Shown here piece after piece: positions 1 to 10,580 of a stretch of DNA of 34,055 nt. The stretch covers positions 53,888,736 through 53,922,790 of the forward strand of contig NC_068990.1 in NCBI RefSeq assembly GCF_001194135.2, written 5' to 3'. The stretch is from Octopus bimaculoides. Taxonomy: Eukaryota. The position numbers and the translations under genes were made by a program. The first letter of the stretch is position 1, and the number at the start of each line of letters is the position of its first letter. The notes under the pieces were generated by a model, which was not told the DNA's origin, searched no databases, and saw only the letters and a list, made by a program, of their open reading frames with translations.

Positions 1-78
1 CAAACCACAGCACATACCCAAGGCACACAGAGCTGCGCTCGGTAGTGAAGTGAAAGCACGTTATAAAAATAATACTAA

Positions 79-80
<2 letters not shown>
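1..80 (+). mobile_element. Probable 3' end of a non-LTR retroelement running into a (TAA)n tail
   Basis: Unique sequence ending directly in a long (AAT)n tract, the same arrangement as the R4-type LINE 3' ends elsewhere in the window. Cut by the window edge, no coding evidence. Confidence 0.35.

Positions 81-148
<68 letters not shown>
81..148. repeat. (AAT)n microsatellite
   Basis: Direct reading. Confidence 0.98.
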
Positions 149-150
<2 letters not shown>

Positions 151-703
151 GCCCTGGTGCAGTACCAGGCAGTGGCTCTCATGGCTTCTGATCTTAAGTG
201 ATTGGAAGTGTTATCATGTACGATGTTGTTACTTGGTTTAAAAGATGGGCTACAGCAAATATTCTGCTCAATACCACAGATTTACTTGTCAGTTGCTTGA
301 CCTTAACCAGTTGAGCATGTCCCTTGGTGGCTGACGATATGTGCATCTCTGATCACGAGCAGAAGTAGTGGGGGTATATCATAGCCATGTGTTGAAAGGA
401 ATTCTTTGGGGTTTGGATAATTCATTTTCGGAAACATGGGTGTTTTGTTCAACATCCTTAAACAACCCTTATTCAGGGACCTTTTGAGCGGGATGGGCTA
501 CTCGACCTGAAGAAAATTCTGACTGGGCCTCACCTGCAAAGTCTTGCACTGTTTATCTTGATATGGGATCACTATGTCGTGCACATGTGGCTGTGAGACA
601 TGTGCCTGGTGTACCCTTATCAGACGGGTAGTTATGATGGGTATACTGGGCTTCGTATATTTTACCCCAGTGTCGTTTTGATGGCATGCATGCTCTCTCA
701 TTC
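149..703. mobile_element. ~555-bp non-coding interspersed repeat, copy 1 (full length), flanked by (TAA)n on both sides
   Basis: Aligns by eye along its length with 4261-4762 and 33009-33521 (shared blocks such as cagtaccaggca, gggctacagcaaatattctgctcaataccacag, ggaattctttggggtttg, ctcgacctgaagaaaattct). No recognisable ORF or tRNA head. Confidence 0.9.
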
Positions 704-732
704 AATAATAATACTAATAATAATGATAATTA

Positions 733-763
<31 letters not shown>

Positions 764-829
764 AAGAAGAAGAAGAAGAAGAAGAAGAAGAAGAAGAAGA
801 AGAACAACAACAACAACAACAACAACAAC

Positions 830-870
<41 letters not shown>
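704..870. repeat. Compound microsatellite (AAT)n-(AAG)n-(AAC)n-(AAT)n
   Basis: Direct reading. Explains the poly-R/K/N/L ORFs at 600-1020. Confidence 0.97.
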
Positions 871-873
<3 letters not shown>

Positions 874-3800
874 AATTATTGCAGTCAAACTGAATTCCAA
901 AAATCTTATTGAAGCAATAAATTCACGAGCGGTACCCTTAATCAGATATGGAGTTTGAATTATAGACTGGACCAGAAAAGAAATAAAGAAACATGACAGA
1001 AAAACAGGAGTTGTTAACAATATTTGGAGCCCACCATCCGAAAGCTGATATCAACCAACTGTACTTGAGGAGTGACTAGGGTGAAAGAGGCTAAATAGCA
1101 ATAGATGAATGTGTACAGATGGAGAGAAAATATCTAGTAGAGTCTTTACAGAGCAGCACAGAAAAACTACTGAAGACAGTTAATAAAGAACAGGTGATGA
1201 AACGTGTAATAGGAAAAAGGGACGAGAATGAAATACGAAGAGAGATCGAAGAGAAAGCTCTGCATCGCCAATTTTGGAGAGCCACTGAGGACGTATGTGG
1301 AAAAAAAATCCTGGGCTTGGTTAAAAGAGGGACAATTAAATAAAAAGAAACAGAGAGCCTAATTGTAGCAGGCCAAGATCAAGCGATAAAAAGAAACAAC
1401 TTGAGAAAATATATATATGGAGAGAATGTGTCAGGAAAATGTAGAGCCTGTGAAACTTGGGACGAAACAGTGGCACACATTGTGACAAAATTCCCAAAGC
1501 TGGCACGGGAAGAATATAAGAAATGGAAGCACGACCAGATTGTAAAAGTTTTACATTGCAAACTGCGCCAGAAATGGGGATTTGAAGCTGGAAACACATG
1601 GTACAATCATCGAGTCGAAAGAGTACAGGAGTCGGAGAAATATAAGATTTTGTGGAGCTTTCCAATTCAAACGGACAAGAAGTTAGAAAATAATAGACCA
1701 GGCATAACGACTATAGATAAGGAAAAGCGAAGTTACGTATCAACTCATTATGCCCGTAAAGAAAGAGGAAGAAAAACAAAAAAATACAACCCCTTAAAAT
1801 TTGAAATAGGAAGAATTTAGATCGTGCTTATAATAACACTGGTTTACAGAGAAATTGAAGCAAACATAAAATTGTTGTTCTAGCCTAATTTTGGGGTGCT
1901 GATTTCAGAAACAAAACCAGTTTTCACTCATCACCTCCAGTTTTGAGATATACATTATCATGATTTTGCGACGATTCACGTAACTATATATATGAACAAT
2001 TTTTATTTTGTTTTCCAAATTTTTGTCATACATATGATACATATCTCTACAATGGCTTCAGGCACTTCAAAACACCGAGGATGCATCAACAAGGCAAATT
2101 CATTCTGTTACATGCGGTGGGATTTCATGACAGTTGCACATCGCCGAACAATTACTTCCCTCCTGAGAACTGCTTCCTTTCATTATTTTCACTGTAAAAT
2201 TGGAGATCATGACAAATCCTGGGTTGTTGTAAACCCTGTTACAATGGACTAACTGCATGGTTTAACGGCAAGAAAACAGCCTTCAACTCTGCTGTCTCGG
2301 TGGTCTGGAGAGAGCCACGATGCCATGCAGATGATTGTTATTTTTGTCCAACAAATATAACAGGTTTCAATGCTTCTTCTAGAAAAAAGATCAAATATCC
2401 CAAGCTTCCCTCAACTATGAGACTTGTTCGCCACTCAGATGATCTCCTTGTCCCTACACTCCCAGCGCATAAGGATCTTCTTCCTTCATCAGATGAAGAA
2501 ATGCCTTCAGAGGAAGATTCTGCCAAGTGGAACTCTTCTGAAGACAATTTCTCTGTTTATTCAGGAGCAAGTGGCAATGACTCCCACTGGATCACACAGG
2601 AAGACCTGAATGACCTTCCCGTGATTTGTACCTATCTAAGCAGCAGAGCTCATGGCATCCCGGCTTAAGCAGTGGAACCTAATCAAGGCAGATGTAATGA
2701 TCACCAGTTTCAGGACACGGAACCAGCACTTTGCTTCATTCTTCGACATGAAAAACAGGTTGTGCTACTGCACAAATGTCTCTGGCTTGTTCACCTTCCT
2801 TGGTTTCCCACACAATCCCTCAGACTGGCGTCTTTTCATAGACTCTTCCAGGTGAAGTCTGAAGGCTGCGCTCCTGGACAATGGAAATAAATACTTCAGC
2901 ATTTCCATTGCCTACTCAGTCCATCTGAAGGAGTCGTATGACAATATGGAGAAACTTTTGGAAGCTGTCAAGTACAACCAGTACCAGTAGAGTCTTTGTG
3001 GGGACCTCGAGGTCATTGGACTCCTTATGTCAAGCGGGCTTCGCAACGTACTGTTGTTTTCTCTGTCTCTGGAACAGTCGGGTTGCGTCCAAGCACTACA
3101 AACAGGACTGGGGATCTAGGAGCACGTTCGTTCTTGGTGAACACTGTGTCCAAGAAAATCCTCTGGTGGACATGAGCAAGGTGCTTCTTCCTCCTCTTCA
3201 TATCAAGCTTGGTCTAACGATGAATTTCAGGAAGGCCATGATCAAAAATGACGTTGCCTTCCAACACTTATGCACTCTGTTCCACGCTCTGAGTTCTGCT
3301 AAGCTCAAGGAGGGCATCTTCGTCGGACCTCAGATCCGAGAGGTACTGAAGGATAGGGACATCGAGGAGCATCTTACCTTAAAGGAACTGAGAGCATGGG
3401 AGGCATTTACGTCAGTCTGCCATGGCTTCCTTAGATTATCAAGAGTATATTGAGAAGTTGTTACAGTTTTATGAGGATATAGGATGCCGAATGTCACTCA
3501 AAATTCACTTTGTCCACTCCCACCTCAACTTCTTCCCTCCGAAGCTCGGAGCAGTGAGTGATGAGCATGGAGAAAGGCTCCATTAAGATATTACTAAGAT
3601 GGAAAGCAACTACCAAGGCAAGTGGAACCTGAGCATGATGGAGCGACTTTTTCAGGATGCTCTTGTGTGACATCCCGGAGACAAAGTACACAAGATAGTC
3701 CAAAAACTCACTTCTAACTGTCTGCTGTACTATGATTTGTGTGTATTGTATTATCCAAGTAATTTTGTTCCATCAATGTTCTGTATGCATGCTGTTTCTT

Positions 3801-4260
3801 TCTTTTGTAATATGCCATTGTGACAAATGAAATAAATACATATTTTGAATTTATATGCAGTATAATTAAAATAGGATATGTGAAAGCAAAAAAAAAAAAA
3901 AAGAAATAGGTGATAGAGCAAAATTGTTCAGAAAATTGAATTCATCACATGAAAATTAGTAAAAAAAACACATATTCACGTCCTTGCCTTAGAGCAAAAA
4001 AACATTTTTTGTAAACTAGTGTAATTGGTGGGAACAGTAAACTAGGATATAGACAAATGACTGAAGGAGATTGAAATAGAATGCCCAGTTGAGCTCCTAC
4101 AGAAGGTTTGTCTCTTAGAGACAGCAAGGATTTTCAGGGGGGCTCTAAGCACATGAAAGACTGCTGAAAACTTGTGGATACCTAAGGTTACGGGGAGTAA
4201 CCCGCTATCCATTTAATTTCTACCAGAAATAAGCTCGATCCTGAGCCAAACCAAAATAAT
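871..4260 (+). mobile_element. 5'-truncated, decayed R4/Dong-type non-LTR retrotransposon (RT C-terminus, CCHC knuckle, RLE endonuclease), interrupted by a DNA transposon at 1837-4021
   Basis: Translates across stops and frameshifts: LNSKNLIEAINSRAVPLIRYG..HHPKADINQLYL (RT thumb region), KCRACETWDETVAHIVTKFPKLA (CCHC), KILWSFPIQTDKKLENNRPGI (RLE). It resumes after 4024 with ELLQKVCLLETARIF. Starts right after (AAT)n and ends in aaataat. Confidence 0.88.
1837..4021 (+). mobile_element. Chapaev3-type (CMC superfamily) DNA transposon, complete ends, frameshifted transposase (~2052-3718)
   Basis: TIRs CACTGGTTTACA (1837-1848) / TGTAAACTAGTG (4010-4021), 11/12 match. 3-bp TSD TAA (1834-1836, 4022-4024). 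Transposase motifs: CINKANSFCY, VWREPRCHADDCYFC, ASRLKQWNL, DWRLFIDSS, PPLHIKLGL, GIFVGPQIRE, MSLKIHF and SDEHGER. Family assignment is from recalled motif and TSD conventions. Confidence 0.85.
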
Positions 4261-4762
4261 ACTCTGATGCAGTACCAGGCACTGCCTCCCATGGCTTCTG
4301 ATCTCAACTATTTGGAAGTGTTATCAGGTGCATGTTTTGTCTTGGTATAAAGGATGGGCTACAGCAAATATTCTGCTCAATACCACAGCTTTGCTTGTCA
4401 GTTTGACCTTTATCGGTTGAACATTCCCTTGGTGGCTGACGATATGTGCATCTCTGAAAACGAGCATAAGTAGTAGGGGAGCATTATAGCCATGTGTTGA
4501 AACGAATTCTTTGGGGTTTGAATAATTCACATCTGGAAACATGAGTTTTTCGTTCAGCATCCTTAAACAACTTTATTAAGGAACCTTTTGAGTGAGATGG
4601 GCTACTCGACCTGAAGAAAATTCTAACCCGCAAGGTCATGCGCTATTTATATCTTAATATGAGATCACCATGCTGTGCACATTTGCTTGTGCACGAATGT
4701 TGTGTACATATATGTCCCCTTATCAGACTGGTAGTCGTGATGGGTATACTGGGCTTCGTATA
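4261..4762. mobile_element. ~555-bp non-coding repeat, copy 2 (one end truncated and joined to a LINE)
   Basis: Matches copy 1 from ctgatgcagtaccaggc to gggtatactgggcttcgtata, then switches to LINE sequence. Confidence 0.9.
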
Positions 4763-6130
4763 CTGGGCTCTATCCTGATATTTCCTAATTTTTTCAATTT
4801 CTTTGGTAACGACTCTGCTACCATGAGGAATTGGAACATCTCTAATCTTACACTTTTCATTTTGTTCTCTATGATCGTGTCCGGTCTTCTTGCTTATAGT
4901 ATAGTCAGTCCTTATGGGGAAGTCCCACAAGATCTTGTAATTCTCATTTTCTATCAAAGCTTTTGGTTTGTTTTCATACCACCTTTCTGTTGTTTTGAAG
5001 CCACACACTCGTCTAACATCCCAATGCACTCTTTTGCCTACACAGACATGTCTGCTCTTATACTTCTTTTGTGCTAGTTTACTGCGCTCACTCAAAAGGT
5101 GATCGATATTTTCGTCTCCTTTCCTACAGTTTCTACATTTGCTGCTTGAGTTTCGTCGATCTATGCCTTTATCAGGTTTATTCTAATGTCTTGTTCCTGA
5201 GGGGCCATAATTAGCATTTCAGCCTTTCCTTTCAAGTTCCCATTCTTGAGCCAGAGCCAGCGTTCTTCCAGAATTCCCTGTTTGTTGCATGAATAAGTTA
5301 TGTAATTCCATTTCTTTCTGTTTGCTTGTTCTGTTGTTCTTTTTCTTTTTGAATTCATCTACTATTGAATTCACCTACTGGCTGCTGATAGAATTCTTTC
5401 TTTACTCAACACCACATAATTTTTGTAGACCCAGTATCACAGTATTAACAATGTCTTCTGCGTTATGTAATCTGCTTCCACCTTCCTTTCATAATAGGCA
5501 TTACTTTTAGGGTGAAATACACTGTGTATTGTGAGCAGGTTTCGAGTTCATCTATCCAAGTTCTGTAGCTCGACCTTTGTCCATATCAAAAGAGAGCAGA
5601 GTTTCTCGGTACGGGCTCAGCCCATGTATTTATGGTTTTAATTATGTTCCCTTCACTTAATTTTGTTTCCAGCACCTTCCCAATTCTCCTCTTTTACTCT
5701 TCAGTTACTTTCTCTCTTATTTCTCCTTCCTTTATCCCATCGTCTTGCAGCACTCCTAAATACTTGTATCCCTTATTATTCCACAGCGATCTCACAATGT
5801 TGTCTTGTAGTAGTTTTATGCCATCAGAGTTTACCTTCCGACTTCTCTTCATAATTAGTACTGCGCACTTATTTACCCCAAACTGCATTCCAATACCTTT
5901 AGTGAATACTCTCATTGTTTGGATCAAAGAGTCTAGATTGTTCTCATCTTATGTATACAACTTAAGATCGTCCATATAAAGCAGGTGATTTATCCTCATC
6001 CTGGATTTTATAAACTCACAGGCAGGCATGGGTTTTCTCAGTATAATTGTCAGAGTGATTAACGCAATGACGATGAGTAATGGAAATAGCGAGTCTCTCT
6101 GGAAAATGCTCCTGTGTATTATCAGTCTCT
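4763..6130 (-). mobile_element. Decayed R4/Dong-type LINE fragment (RT motifs through RLE)
   Basis: Minus strand: IFQRDSLFPLL..INHLLYMDDLKLY..GMQFGVNKC..YKYLG (RT); WLKNGNLKGKAEMLIMA; CCHC remnant ..ENIDHL; ENYKILWDFPIRTD..KEIEKIRKYQD (RLE). Many stops and frameshifts. Confidence 0.9.
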
Positions 6131-6134
6131 ATAT

Positions 6135-6317
6135 GGACGCAGGAATGGCTTATATAGTTAAGGAGCTCGCTTTGCAGTCACATAGTTCGGTTTCAGTTCC
6201 ACTGTGCGCTACCTTGAGCAAGTGTCTTCTACTATAGACGAGCAATGCCTTGTGAGTAAATTTGGTGGACAAAAACCGAGTGAAAGCCTGTTGCATGAGT
6301 GTGTGTATTTGTGTGCA

Positions 6318-6403
<86 letters not shown>

Positions 6404-6629
6404 CGCGCGTATGTATGTCTTTGTGCTTGTGCTTGTGTCATAAATAAAGCCAACCGGTGTTGGTTCTATTTATGACCCCGTAACTTTAGCAGTTCGGCAA
6501 AAGAGGGCGACAGAATCAGTACAAGACATAAAAAAGAAGTATTGGAGACGATTTAATCAACTAAACCTTTCAAGGTGGTGATCTAGCATGGTTGCAGCCC
6601 AATCACTGAAACAAGTAAAAGGAAAAAGG
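6135..6629 (+). mobile_element. tRNA-derived SINE, family B (central (GT)n tract)
   Basis: Head with box A/B-like motifs, gcaagtgtcttctactatag core, (TG)n at ~6310-6400, tail ..actgaaacaagtaaaag. Homologous to 7504-7918 and 20103-20510. Confidence 0.85.
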
Positions 6630-6639
6630 TAATACAGAA

Positions 6640-7015
6640 TGCGAAAGGTAATAAATGCGACCCTCGGTTCCAGTATTTTTCTGTCTCTAAGACAGCAGTT
6701 TGGGTGTTGTGCCAGATGCACCGACTACCACAGGAATAATTGTTGCCTTAGTTTTTCATCATCTCTTCATCTCTCTGGCAAGGTCCCGATATTTCTCAGT
6801 TTTGTTCATTTTCTTTGATATCCTCTGTATTATCATATGGTACTGCAAAGTCTGTAATCTTACACTGTTTCTTTTGTCCCTTGTAATCATATCTAATTGT
6901 CTTGCTTCAGTAGTATGTTCATACTCTATGGAGAAATTCCATAAAATCTTGTAATTATCATTCACCATCACACCTTCTATTCATATCACTATTTCTGTTA
7001 CTTTGAATCCAAAAA
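6640..7015 (-). mobile_element. 3' RLE fragment of an R4-type LINE
   Basis: VNDNYKILWNFSIEYEHTTEARQLDMI..KTEKYRDLAREMKR, then IIPVVVGASG. Confidence 0.8.
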
Positions 7016-7164
7016 CTTGGTTCATATTGGACGATCGTAATTTTGTTCGTTATTTTGCTGGACACAATTGATTAAGTTCGGTTTTTATTGAACGTTCGTT
7101 TTATTTTTGCTGAGTTTGAATTCGAAATTTCGTTTTCGTGTTTGTTGTTTTCTTCCAATAATTC

Positions 7165-8128
7165 AAGGTACTCTAATTAACTAGGTACTTCTACAAGAAA
7201 CATAGGTATTATACCAAATAAAAAGAAAGAACAAATGAGCTCAATAATAATCCTCTTGAATAACAACATGAACTAGGAAATATGAAACAAATCTGATGAT
7301 ATCAGCAAAGCCTAAACCAGAAACAACATTGACTAAACGAAAGGAAGTGGTTCAGCTAATACTGTGGTAGTTATTTTATCTTTTTATCTTTTTACTTGTT
7401 TCAATCATTCGATTGGGTCTATGTTAGGGCATTTGACCAAGAGCAAATGTTCGTACATGTGTGTATTATATAAACAAAATGCTTTGAGAATGATTACATG
7501 TAAGACATAGGAGCCTTATGGCTGTGTGGTTAAAAAGCTCGCTTTGCAATCCTGTGTTTTGGGGTTCAAGCCTACTGAGCTGCATGAAAGGCAGGTGTCT
7601 TCTACTATAGCCCCGGGCCGACAAAGCCTTGTGAGTGAATTTGGTAAACGGAAACTGCATGGAAGCTTGTCATATATATGTATGTATACATGTGTGTCTA
7701 TATCTGTTTGTGTTTGTCTTTCTTATCACCGCTTGACAATTGGTGTTGCTCTGTTTACGTCCCCATAACTTGTGTTTCGGCAAAACAGACCGATAGAATA
7801 AGCCTCGGACTTAAAAAATATATATTAGGATCGATTAGTTCGACTAAACCCTTCGATGCAATGCCCTAACATAGACCCAATCGAATGATTGAAACAAGTA
7901 AAAAGATAAAAAGATAAAATAACTACCACAGTATTAGCTGAACCACTTCCTTTCGTTTAGTCAATGTTGTTTCTGGTTTAGGCTTTGCTGATATCATCAG
8001 ATTTGTTTCATATTTCCTAGTTCATGTTGTTATTCAAGAGGATTATTATTGAGCTCATTTGTTCTTTCTTTTTATTTGGTATAATACCTATGTTTCTTGT
8101 AGAAGTACCTAGTTAATTAGAGTACCTT
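7165..8128. repeat. Perfect 269-bp inverted repeat (arms 7165-7433 and 7860-8128, 426-bp spacer)
   Basis: I found no mismatch when reading the left arm against the reverse complement of the right arm (aaggtactct...gttagggcatt / aatgccctaac...agagtacctt). Confidence 0.95.
7504..7918 (+). mobile_element. tRNA-derived SINE, family B
   Basis: ggctgtgtggttaa head, gggttcaag box B-like motif, gtgtcttctactatagc core, tail gaaacaagtaaaaaga. Confidence 0.85.
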
Positions 8129-8239
8129 TAGTGTATTACCGCGATATATTTCATCGGCCATTGAAGGATAAAATAAAGACAGTAAACGCAGAACAAGTAA
8201 AGGTACAGAAAGTGGCTCATCTTAGCAACAACAACAACA

Positions 8240-8550
8240 ACGATAAAATAAGTACCAGTTGAGCAATGGGGTCGATGAAATCGTCTCATCCCGTGCCCCG
8301 AAATTGCTGGCCTTGTGCCAAAATTTGAGACCAATATTAAAGAGAAGGCAGCGAGCCGGCAGAATTGTTAGCACCCGGGACAAAATGCTTAGAGGTTCTT
8401 CGTCCGTCTTTACGTTCTGAGTTCAAGTTCCGCCGAATTCGACTTAACCTTTCAGTCGATAAAATAAATACTGAGTACTGGGGTTGATGTAATCGACTTC
8501 CCCACTCACCTGAACTTGCTGATTTTGCGCCAAAATTTGAAATCAATATT
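8240..8550 (+). mobile_element. tRNA-derived SINE family A: 3' fragment (~8240-8338) followed by a full copy (8346-8550)
   Basis: ggcagaa..ttagcac head, gttctgagttcaa box B-like motif, ggggt(c/t)gatgtaatcgact core, tail ..aaaatttga(a/g)a..caatatt. Confidence 0.8.
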
Positions 8551-8580
8551 AAGAAGAAAGAAGTGATAGAATACTGAAGT

Positions 8581-8582
8581 AA

Positions 8583-8626
<44 letters not shown>

Positions 8627-8897
8627 AGGTGCTACCGCTGATGATCATCATAATGGCTTCTCATTTAGCACAAAGTAACAAAATGTAAAGAAGCGGTGTA
8701 AACCGATTGAAACCTCCATCATATTAGTTATATCTTCTCCCTAGAATTAAGGAAGGTATGTCGATCTTAGCAGGATTTGAACTAAGAGTACAGAGGATCG
8801 AAACTGAACAATAAAGTATATTTAGTCTACCACCTTATCATGGAATAGTTGTAACGTTATTAATAGTTTTAGATAGTAATAATAACAGAGTGTTCTG

Positions 8898-8941
<44 letters not shown>

Positions 8942-8990
8942 GTAGTAGAAGAAGAAGAAGAAGAAGAAGAAGAAGAAGAAGAAGGAAAAG
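8581..8990. repeat. (TAG)n at 8581-8625 and (AGT)n-(AGA)n at ~8899-8985
   Basis: Direct reading. Confidence 0.9.
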
Positions 8991-9956
8991 AAGACCATTG
9001 CAATCATCATTACAAACCCACCACTATCATCATCGTCGTCGTCATCATCCCACTATTTTTCATCATCTTCGTCATCATATTTTTTCTTCAGTATTTGACC
9101 AAGAGCAAATGTATTTTATCAACCCCCAGAGGAATAAAATGCAATCGAAACCCGCAACAAAAGCTAATTTCTCTTTCAAAGAGATGCATTGACCGTGTGC
9201 AGACAATTCGTCGGCAGACAATCCGCCAACAGACAATTCGCCGAGTGGACAATTGGCTGATTGGACAATAAGTCAACATGCAGAAGTATCGATTGTGGAG
9301 TTCATCAAAACGGAACGAGGAGGCAGAAAGCTTCTATACAAAGGGTACGCTTATATTATTGATAAAACCAGAAAAGAAAAGACTTGTTGGAGATGCGCAA
9401 ATCGTAAACTGTGCAGTGCTAGACTGACAACGATTGAAGATGAAATTAGCACAACTCCTTCTGAACAGGTATATCTACCTACGCCGATTGAAAATCCCGC
9501 TGCAATTGTTAAGGAAGAAATAAAACGTCTTGCTGGACGAGCTGAACAATTACCGAGCTCTATAGTTGAAACCGTAGCTTCCGGTATCCCCTTGAACGTT
9601 GCTGGATGTTTACCGAAAATGGAATCTCTTAAATATACAGTGCGACGGAAAAAAACCCAGTTATTAATGAGGATGAATTATATAAAACACCAAGAGGTGA
9701 TAATGTTTTACTGTATAGAAATGATGAGGTTTCTATATTTGGTACCGTGAAAAATTTAGAAATTTTATCCAAGAAAAGTGAGTGGCTTTGTAATGGAACG
9801 TTTGACAGCGTTCCTTTAGGTAAGCAGTTATACATTATCCATGCACTAATTTGTAAAAGTAAAACAGTGCCTCTACTTTATTGCATAACAAACAGTAAAT
9901 CTGAAACAAATTATAAATTGGTATTTAAATGTATTAAAGAAGGAATCTGAGTACGT

Positions 9957-10128
9957 AATATTCTTTTCTATTCTAGGCACAAGGCCCGAAAGTTTTGGGG
10001 ACGGGGCCAGTCGATTAGGTCGACCCCAGTACGCAACTGGTACTTACTTTATCGACCCTGAAAGGATGAAAGGCAAAGTCAACCTCGGTGGAATTTGAAC
10101 TCAGAACGTAAAGACAGACGAAATGCCG
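9957..10128 (-). mobile_element. SINE family A, 5'-truncated, minus strand
   Basis: Reverse complement of the family A core and tail (..gggccttgtgcctag.ata gaaaagaatatt). Confidence 0.85.
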
Positions 10129-10148
10129 TACAATATTCGTACTCAAAA

Positions 10149-10580
10149 AGGCGGTGAGCTGGCAGAAACGTTAGCACGCTGGGCGAAATGCTTAGCGGTA
10201 TTTCGTCTGCCGTTACGTTCTGAGTTCAAATTTCGCCGAGGTCAACTTTACCTTTCATCCTTTCAGGGTCGATAAATTAAGTACCAGTTACGCACTGGGG
10301 TCGATGTAATCGACTTATTCCCTTTGTCTGTCCTTGTTTGTCCCCTCTATGTTTAGCCCCTTGTGGGCAATAAAGAAATAAGAAACGTTAGCACGCCGGG
10401 CGAAATGCTTAGCGGTATTTCGTCTGTCTTTACGTTCTGAGTTCAAACTCCACCGAGATCGACTTTACCTTTCGGAGTCGATAAATTAAGAACCACTTGC
10501 GTACTGTGGTCGATCTAATCGACTGCCCCCCCCCCTCCCCAAAAATTTCGGGCCTTGTGCCTAGAGTAGAAAAGAATATT
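10149..10580 (+). mobile_element. Two tandem SINE family A copies (10149-10381; 10382-10580)
   Basis: ggcggtgagctggcagaaacgttagcacg head, gttctgagttcaaa box B-like motif. Two different tail subtypes (gtgggcaataaagaaataa; gtagaaaagaatatt). Confidence 0.88.

Noticed and set aside
151-170. Hairpin cctggtgcagtaccagg resembles U2 snRNA stem-loop IV
   Set aside because: Only ~17 nt of resemblance. The rest of the element has no U2 branch-recognition or Sm-site sequence.
615-675. cugauaag and cgaag on the minus strand of the 555-bp element as a hammerhead, twister or HDV ribozyme
   Set aside because: I could not assemble the required core order and helices by hand. Left only as a structure to test.
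600-1020. Poly-Arg/Lys/Asn/Leu ORFs, and similar ones at 8337-9192, 17200-17711, 28665-29165, 32658-33037 and 33637-33947
   Set aside because: Translations of microsatellites.
6135-6230. SINE heads as tRNA genes (also 10149, 17085, 20103)
   Set aside because: Box A/B-like motifs only. They are multicopy, attached to SINE bodies and have no clean cloverleaf.
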